A stretch of 55,715 bases of DNA, filler included, from Moniliella sp. 'wahieum' (taxonomy: Eukaryota): NCBI GenBank assembly GCA_003971905.1. It is 3 parts of 3 records of this genome, joined end to end, with 100 filler letters (N's around TTAATTAATTAA, not from the genome) between each part and the next. Parts side by side here need not be neighbours in the genome. Positions count along the whole stretch, not along the records: positions 29,118 to 55,715 come from RSEE01000205.1; 2 more parts are not named here. One strand, 5' to 3'. Below are positions 47,783-55,715 of this stretch, piece after piece (positions within the stretch are counted from its first letter, which is position 1; every line of letters begins with the position of its first letter). The notes under the pieces were generated by a model. The model was not told where the DNA came from and ran no database searches. It saw nothing but the letters and a program-made list of their open reading frames with translations. Made by a program: the position numbers and the translations under genes.

Positions 47783-48687
47783 TCAGGGTGGAACGAACCT
47801 CCTCAAGGGCCGCGTGTCGTTAAAGCAACTTTGAAAGACATCATTCACAATTTCCTTGGCGTGGTCCTCGCCCTTGCACGCCGGATTTCCCATGATCGAC
47901 AGCACAGCGCGGCGACGTGCACATTCTTGGTGCTGTTTCATCACACCAAAGTGTAACCGACGCATTTCTCGGCCCCAACGACAGTCGCCCGACAAGGACG
48001 CCGCCCGTACTTCTGAGCAGGCATGCTGACGTAGATCGGACCAGTCCACCTTGAAGCGACAGTTGTCCCACCAGTGCACCATTTCGTGCGCCAGCGTGTC
48101 TTCGAGGTGTTTCTTCGTCTGAATCCGGTTGCTGCAGATCAAGATACCGCTCTCACTGGGGGGATGCCCCTCGGGGCGGGAGAAAAGCCACCGGCAATTG
48201 TGGGTGGGCACGGACCGACGGCAATCTTGGGCATGGCGATGGGGACACATCGGCTTCATCCAATGGGTTGCAACCAATCACGGCAAGATGCTTGGTCATG
48301 AAACGAATCATCGGGCTGGTTTCAGCGCAGTGCGGGGGGCGGGACGAGTCGGGAGCACCCATGCCGTCAAGTCAGAACGGATGAGACGAAAAACACAAAC
48401 ACAATCGGATACAAAGAACTACTATGGCCAAAAGGGACGCGCCCCACTTCTCTACCTGGATTCTTCGCTGAAACTCCTCTTCGGTTTCGACATGCTTGCT
48501 CCAGTCCTCGACCTCTTCCGGGTGGCCATGGTCGGCGCATCACTGGTGTTGGTTTCGACCACATCGGTGCGGGAGAGGATGGTGGGAGGGAGGTGATGGG
48601 TACTGAGATGGGCTTGGAGCGGCATGGGCGCTGTAATATACCGATACAGGCGTCCCGCCACGTGTCAAAGTTGGACGCCGAAGCCAT
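47783..48687 (-). CDS. ATP23: Mitochondrial inner-membrane metalloprotease Atp23
   Basis: GILICSN, LEDTLAHEMVH (HExxH), CRFKVDWSDLRQHACSEVRAASLSGDC, SCFNDTRP. N-terminus MASASNFDTWR. Confidence 0.92.
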
Positions 48688-49096
48688 GACCGTGATGGAA
48701 GTGAAGGTGGGGCTGCCGGTCAGAAGAACAAGACAATCCAATCCATCGGTAACCGGTAAGACAGTACGGGCTATTATGTAATGGTGCCGATGGGCCAGGG
48801 CTGTGTGCCCCTAGACGAGCTTCCTTCAAGCTGCACTAACACTCGCACTCAGCAAGTTACGTATGGGTCTATGGATGGGCACGAGAGAAGGGTGGCCAAC
48901 GCCCCTGAACAGCCAAGTCGGGACAATTTTGGGGGAGTGCAACATATGCATGTGCATGTGCTCAGGCCTTGATTATCGCCTCACCAGGGCCATGGGCATG
49001 TGCGCCAGCCGATCATCCAACAGACAAGGGAGGCACAGGTTGTCCCATCATTCCATGAGACACCCCACCACGAGCATCAATAGACCACGGGACTAT

Positions 49097-50201
49097 TTAA
49101 GGAGCGTGGAGGAACTCAAGGAACTTGGGTTGAGCGCCAGCTTGGCCGGCTTGGCAGCGGGCTTGTAGGTGCCAGCAGCCTTGGCGGCGCGGACGTCAGC
49201 CTCGATCTTGCGCTGCACCTTGGCGTACGGGTTAAGACGGTCCATGACGAACTTGTTGCGTAGCGGGTTCTTCTTCTGGTGAAGGGGCGCTTGGTCGCCT
49301 TGGGCCAGCCGGACGAAGCACAGCCTGGATCTCCTCCGAAGCTAGCAGACGCGACACGTCCGTGTTGGTATCTGGCGCGGGGAAGGACGAAGCCCTTCTT
49401 CTGCGCCGAGGCAGCATCGTAGGTGCCAAAGATCGAGTCGAGCTGCTTGAAGGCGGCCTCGGTCCAGATCACAAGCGGCCAAGGTGACCACCGGGCGCGA
49501 GCTGAGGAGGTTAAGGCGGTGAACCGACACGAGCTCCACACCGGGCAGTTGCGGAAAGCGCGGTAGATGCCCTTGTCCTCGTTGTACACAACGAGGGGGC
49601 CGCGGCGCTGCACGTGACGACGGTTGCGCATCTTGCCCTGGCCACGCGGATCTTGCGCGAGTTGGACACCTTGAGCACATCGTCGTAGGCGTTGAGCGCC
49701 TTGAGGAGGGCAACCGCCTCCTTGGTCTTCGAGTAGGACTCGACCTCGGTGGGACACGAGGGGGACCTCGGCAACCTGCTCACGCGGTGCCGCGGGCGAG
49801 AACGAGGGACGGCACGGCGGTCGCAGCCAGAGCCGAAGCATCGCAAACGCTTCTGGTTCTGGTTCGTCTTCACCCCCAGCGGCGCCACACCTTGGTGGGA
49901 GCGAACATGTGACCGCCACGGGCCATGTACCGAACGCAGCCTGGCCATCACGGTGGGTGCCCGAGCCGCCCACACGAGGGATACGGGCCAGAGCACGGCC
50001 GGTGCCCCACGACTCGGCCGAGGTCTGGTGGCCAGCCTTGGTGGAAACGGCTAGGTTGGCGCTTGTTCTTGGCCACCTGGGTGTAAGTATAACTGCACCA
50101 CGTAGGAGCGATCGGAGCGGTGAGAACGGCGGGCAGCGGCAGGCTTGCCCGCTGGCACTGCCGTCAGCAGCGCGGACACTGACAGTCGCACGCGAGGCCA
50201 T
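49097..50201 (-). CDS. RPL4: 60S ribosomal protein L4 (uL4)
   Basis: MASRATVSV, AGHQTSAESWGTGRALARIPRVGGSGTHR, GKMRNRRHVQRRGPLVVY, IWTEAAFKQLD. Many indel errors. Confidence 0.96.
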
Positions 50202-51248
50202 GATGTTTGGAGAAGGTGCTGCTTGGTGGCGAGCCGTCCCGACGCTGCCAGCTGCCACCCCCCCGGCCACCAGCGGCCGTTCGGCGGGGCAGCGGCACCA
50301 ACACAGGCGCAGTGCCTACACTGGAAAGCAACTGCGGCAGTGCTGGCGCTGCGGAAATCATTGCGCCGGGGGAACAACCCTAGTGAATATTGATGTCCCT
50401 CCGGGACCATGCTGGCTCGGTGATTACGCGCACGGTGATGTGCCATTGGCGCTCAATCACATGTCACAACCTCCACATGGTTGGCTTCCCCGCATGGGCA
50501 CCTCAGCCTGCTTCGCTAACTTTCGTTCCATAGGTGGCGTATGATTTGTAGCCTGGCACCTGTGGACGAGGTGGAGGGAAACCAGCTCGCTGCTCCCATT
50601 TCCCAGTGAATCCTCCAGTGGATGATGCAGCCAGCCGTCCCTGCTCCCAACGTCTCCTTCTGGCTCTTTTACCGTGGCTGTAACGGACGGATGCGGGGTA
50701 GATAGTGTTGTGCCTGATGTAGCTGGAGGTTCCGAAAAGCTCAAGACCCAACAAGCGTCGCATGCACTGGCTCATCTATTTCGCCTGTCAGGACCTCATT
50801 CTTATCTTTTTGGTGAGCACTGCTGCGTCAACGACGGATCTGTGGACCGGACGCGGAGGAGCTGTGGCTAGCAAAGGCGATGTTGGTTTAAAGCCCGTGA
50901 TGCATCATTTCCGTCGGCAGCACTGCGTGGACGCACCTGCGAGAAAGAGACGGTTGCGGGTGGATTGTCGCCTGGTGGAGAGGGCATGGCCTGGACATGG
51001 GGCAGGCATATATAGCGTGGTTTAGCTGAAGGGTGGCGCTGCTCTGGTGCAGCATGTGGAGCGTCCGGCAGGCACCGGGCGGGGGTAGCATGAGGCGAGT
51101 GTGGGGGAGCCGCGCAGACACTGCCGCGTGGCGCCGCTCTGCTGCGGCTGGAGCGCAGACGTGGCATGGCTGGCGTGCGGCCTGGCTGCGCCCGGTTGCC
51201 ACCGGCCACGGCGCCACCCGGAGCGGAAGCGCCGGCTGCAGGCTGCTG

Positions 51249-51265
51249 TGACATGTGACGCGTGA
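51249..51265. promoter_or_regulatory. TGA-CATG-TGA-CGCG-TGA array upstream of HMG-CoA reductase
   Basis: Read directly, about 220 bp 5' of the ATG at 51482. Confidence 0.5.
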
Positions 51266-51481
51266 CGCAGCACTGCAGCCCTCCGCCCTTACACTGCCCC
51301 CGAGCGGCCTGGTGATCGGCAGGCAGGGTGCACTAGCTAGCTACCGCTGCCCATCTGCATCCAACGCAGCCCACAGGCCCTCCATCGCCCATCTCCTTCG
51401 TCTTCGTTTGCGTCTTCATCGTCGTCTTCGTCGCGGTCTTCGCCTCCGCATCCACCGTCGCCCTCGAGCGCTTCGTCTCTC

Positions 51482-54400
51482 ATGCTGTCGCCGTGGTGCG
51501 TGTGACACGTGCCCTGCTCCGGCAGGCCACCCGCACGCCCATCGAGAGCATCGTCGTCGTTGCCATCGTCGCAACACTCGCCTACTTCTCCCTCCTCTTC
51601 GCCTTGTCGCGCTCCCATTGGATCGACGCCGTGGCTGCCTCCGCCGGCCTGCCCGCCCCCTCCTTCGCGCCACCCACTGTGTGGACACACTCGGCCTCTG
51701 GCTGGTCACGTGCTGGCGCCAGCGCCTCTGCGGACGCTGCGGTGCGTCCTGTCTTCTGGGTCGACACGATCGGCACCCTGCCCCAGCAGGCTCCAGCACC
51801 CAGCCTTCTTCACTCGCCCAGTCGTTCGCTGCCCAACATCCTTCCGTGCCTTCCCTGTCTACGCCCTATGTCCTGCCGGGTAGCCCCCCTGTGGTGGCTT
51901 GGACCCCTCGTTTGCCTCGGCCGACTCTGCTCAAGAGACGGAGCTTCTGCAGCAGCTCGCTACCCCGTCCAACGTATCACCCCTTCGACACCTGGCGCAT
52001 TGTCCCTGCAATGTCCCCTACTACATGGACACGCGCAGGGCGCGCCCTGCAGCAGCTTCGCTCATCGCCGCCGTAACAGTCCAGGCTGACTCGATTCGCT
52101 TGGGCTTACGCTTCTCGCGCTCTCTTCGCTCGCTTTGGCCACCTGATCCGAGCCGCCGATTCTGCCGATATCTTTCTCATGCTTTGTGTCTACATCTTTA
52201 TGCACGCCACCTTTGTCAATCTTTTCTATCGATGCGCCGCTTTGGCTTCCACTTCTGGCTTGGTACGTTGCCCTCTTCTCTGTCTCCGCCTCGTCGGCGA
52301 GCTGACTAACGTTCGGTATTGTTCAGGTGCATCGGTTTTGATTTCGTGCACTTGTGCGTTTATTTTGCTCTCGTCTCGGCCCACTACCTTGGTGTGCACA
52401 TCGACCCAGTCCCACTGAGCGAGCTCTCCCATTTTTGGTCGTGACTGTCGGGTTTGACAAACACTATAAATTGACCAAGGCTGTCTTCACTCACCCCGCT
52501 TTGCTCCATCGTCCCACCTGCACGAGGTCCCAACGTTCTTAGATGTTCTGAAGCCACCTTCGCGTTCGGTAGGAGCTAGCGAGGGAAAGCCGGCCTCAAT
52601 GGGAACTCCTCCGCCGATACACCCAAGTCGAATGAGGATGCCTTTGTTCGGGCCCTGACTGCCCGCTTGCGCGAAAATCCCGATCTCGATGGGAGCTTCC
52701 CCGTCCACTGGCTGCCCGTGACGTGTTGGTGGGTGCATATGACAGTGTTGGCCAAGAAATCGTCGTGACTATGCGATCGAGTTGGCCTTGCTGCTTGCGG
52801 GCTCATGCATTGCTCCTAGTGGCCTGCATGATTTTGCCAGCTCGCGGCACTGATCCTTTTTCGATGCCATTCTTCTCCACACGTTTTACACTGGCATCCT
52901 GACCGTTATTGTGAGGTACTGCGGATCCGGATCTTGCGTAAGCGCCGCCACGCTTCCCTCCCAGCCGCATCGGCCGTTAACAAGGAAGCCGCGCCACCAG
53001 CGGCGGCGTAGCAAGCGCTACGACGACCGGCTCGGTTACCCCTACAATCAGGGTGCGATAGCGCAGCAAGCAGTCGTGTATCTTCCATCTCGATCACTCC
53101 TTCAACTATGTCTGCCCCCCTTTGGCTGGGATGTCAGCCCAGCTGCGTCACCGGCAGCATTCTCGGTCCCGTCGGGTCCGTGGGCTCTGGCACCGCCTGG
53201 TTGGCTCCAACTCTAAAAATAACCCAGTGGGCCGGCTCAAAATCTTGTTGATTGCTTCCTTCATCACGCTACACAGCCTCAACCTTGGTACCATGACAAC
53301 ACAGGCTTCTCGCACTCGCTACTTGCGTGCTGCCACGTCCGAAGTTGCCTCTACCTTACGTCCCCGAGCGCTTCCGTGAACGATCCGTACCAGCTACTTC
53401 GTCAGCGACACAGTTCAACTTGTCCTTAACCCCTTCCTCGCCGGCACTTGCGCCAGCGCTCGAGCGCTTTGCTCGTTCCCATCCCACTGGCGCCCGCTTG
53501 CAGATCCATGACCCGGTTTTCCTTTCGGTGATCGATTACTCCCTCACCAACCAGGTGTCGGCGAGAAAGCTGAACTTGCCAAGACATTGCCGAGGCATAT
53601 GAGCAGCAATTCCCCTCCTGACAGTGTCGATCGCCTCATCGTCCTCGGCAACTCATTCAGTTCATCCTTCCTTCTCGACTAACAGCTCGCGCGGATCGAC
53701 AGGCTTGCTTTCGCGCCACCAGTCGCTAGAGGTCTTGGGCAGCCTGATGACGGAATGGACCTCAATTGTTGGTGACCCTCTTATTTCCAAGTGGCTTCGA
53801 TCGCGATGGCAGTGAGCATCTTTCTAACGCTACCTGCTCCGAGGCATTGCTCAAGGCAACGCAGCTATTGCCCGAGGTAACGCTATGGGTGCCGCTGCTT
53901 TTGCCGCTGCTCGATGCTGGGCGCTCATTTGGATGAAGCCGAGTCCCGCATCGCCAAATCGTCCCGTTCCAACTCATCCAATGCCAATCCTTCCCGCGCC
54001 TCCGCTCCCACGGTGACATTTATGCCGCCTCCCCCTGCGCTGATTGTGCCAGAGGAGAAGATCCTACACCTCCCACGGCGGGCGTGGACGCTTCGCAGAT
54101 CCGTTCGTTCGAGGAAGTATTGGTGTACGACAATGGCGCCGGTGTGCTCTCTTGCGGACGAGGAAGTAGTGTTACTTGCCAGCGGGGAAAGATTCCTGCT
54201 TACGCGTTGGAGAAGGTACTTCAAGACCCGAGCGTGCTGTTCGTGTCCGCCGCGCTTGTTTCGCGTGCCAGCTTGACCAAAACGCTGGAGACGGGCAAGT
54301 TGCCATTTAAGAACTATAACTATGCGCAAGTCATGGGTGCATGCTGTGAAATGTTGTGGGCTACCTTCCTTTGCCGCTCGGCATTGCGGGTCCTCTTCAC

Positions 54401-55492
54401 CATTGACGGCCAACTTACGCCAATCCCGATGGCCACGACGGAAGGTACGCTGGTTGCATCCACTTCGCGTGGGTGCAAGGCGCTGAATGCGGGGGGGGCG
54501 TGACAACCGTTTGACGCAAGACGCCATGACACGCGGCCCCGCCGTCGATTTCCCCACTGCGGCCGAAGCGGCGCAGGCTAAGAGATGGATCGATTCCACC
54601 ACTGGTGCGGCGACGATCAAGGCTGCCTTTGACTCGACTTCCCGCTTTGCCCGACTGGCCAGTTTGCGCACCGCGCTAGCGGGTCGAACCCTGTTTATTC
54701 GCTTTGCACCTCGACGGGGGATGCGATGGGCATGAACATGATTTCCAAGGGGTTGAGCGTGCGCTGACATTGATGGCCCCGAGCACTTCCCCTCCATGAA
54801 GGTTCTGGCCTATCGGGTAACTACTGTACGACAAGAAGCCCGCTGCGATCAATTGGATTGAAGGTCGGGGCAAATCGGTGGTGGCCGAAGCGGTGGTACC
54901 CAACAAAGTGGTGAGCTCGGTGCTCAAGACCTCGGTGCCGCTTTGGTGGATTTGAACCTGAAGAAGAACTTGATTGGCTCGGCCATGGCCGGCTCCATTG
55001 GCGGCTTCAATGCCCATGCCGCCAACATTCTTACTGCCATCTACCTTGCCACGGGGCAAGATCCTGCGCAGAACGTCGAGTCGAGCAACTGCATGACCTT
55101 GATGGAGGCCACGCCCGAGGGGACTTGCGCATCTCGGTTTCCATGCCCTCCATCGAAGTGGGAACGGTGGGCGGGGGGACGGTGCTGGACCCACAGAGGT
55201 CGATGCTCGAGCTGCTGGGCATTGCTGGGCCGCACCCTTCCACGCCAGGCGCCAACGCTCAACGGCTCGCCGCCATCATTGCCTCCGCGGTGATGGCAGG
55301 GAACTATCGCTCATGTCCGCCCTCGCGGCCGGACATCTGATCAAGGCCCACATGGCTCACAATCGCTCCGCCCCTGCTTCCGCTGCCCACCCGGGCCATG
55401 TAAGTCCCAACCCAGGTCGAATTGCGGCGACGATGACACCCTTGGTCGCGCCCAGTATTCGTATGACCAAGGCGAATGGATCGGGCCGGTAA
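51482..55492 (+). CDS. HMG1: HMG-CoA reductase (class I, with sterol-sensing domain)
   Basis: [113 protein letters not shown]. Confidence 0.96.
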
Positions 55493-55715
55493 ACTAGGTG
55501 CGCAACGTTCTGTTTCTATTGCGCCTCGCCTCCTGGGCGGCCGTCATCATTGCTCTTCGTACAAGCCCCTTTGTCTGCCCATTTGCCTGATACCGTCATG
55601 CCCGCTCTGTATGGGCGAGGCAGGGGCTCAAGCCATGCAATTCATCTCTGCATACTCCCATGGACCGTATCCTGCCACGGATCTGAGGCTACCGACCGTT
55701 TGCCTCTGCCATCTG

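Noticed and set aside
37191..55492. Pseudogenes or programmed frameshifting in MetRS, RPL4 and HMG1
   Set aside because: The frameshifts are numerous, scattered and often in homopolymers while the protein motifs stay intact, which fits sequencing error.

Overview
Fungal nuclear DNA, probably basidiomycete (GTGCGT/GTACGT intron donors, fungal gene set). It consists of three unrelated contigs (1-14917, 15018-29017, 29118-55715) joined by artificial N44-TTAATTAATTAA-N44 linkers. Indel errors are frequent, so even essential genes are frameshifted and all gene coordinates are approximate. Recognisable genes: SND1/Tudor-SN, a Pmp3-like protein, an arrestin-like adaptor, a SET-MYND methyltransferase, cytosolic MetRS, a Bet1/Sft1-like SNARE, an Mtr-like amino-acid permease, a CM1 coiled-coil (Mto1/ApsB-like) protein, ATP23, RPL4 and HMG-CoA reductase. 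Two things stand out. (1) A 7-bp-periodic intergenic grammar, TNA-[any 4-bp palindrome]-TNA, recurs at more than 20 loci, uses 12 different palindromes, and lies upstream of most genes. (2) Contig 2 starts with a divergent 28S rRNA that stops within the R1 retrotransposon target sequence. It is followed by a convergent gene pair: a tandem DUF3505-like zinc-finger gene and a DUF3505-like/tyrosine-recombinase-like/RecQ-like fusion whose catalytic motifs mostly look substituted.
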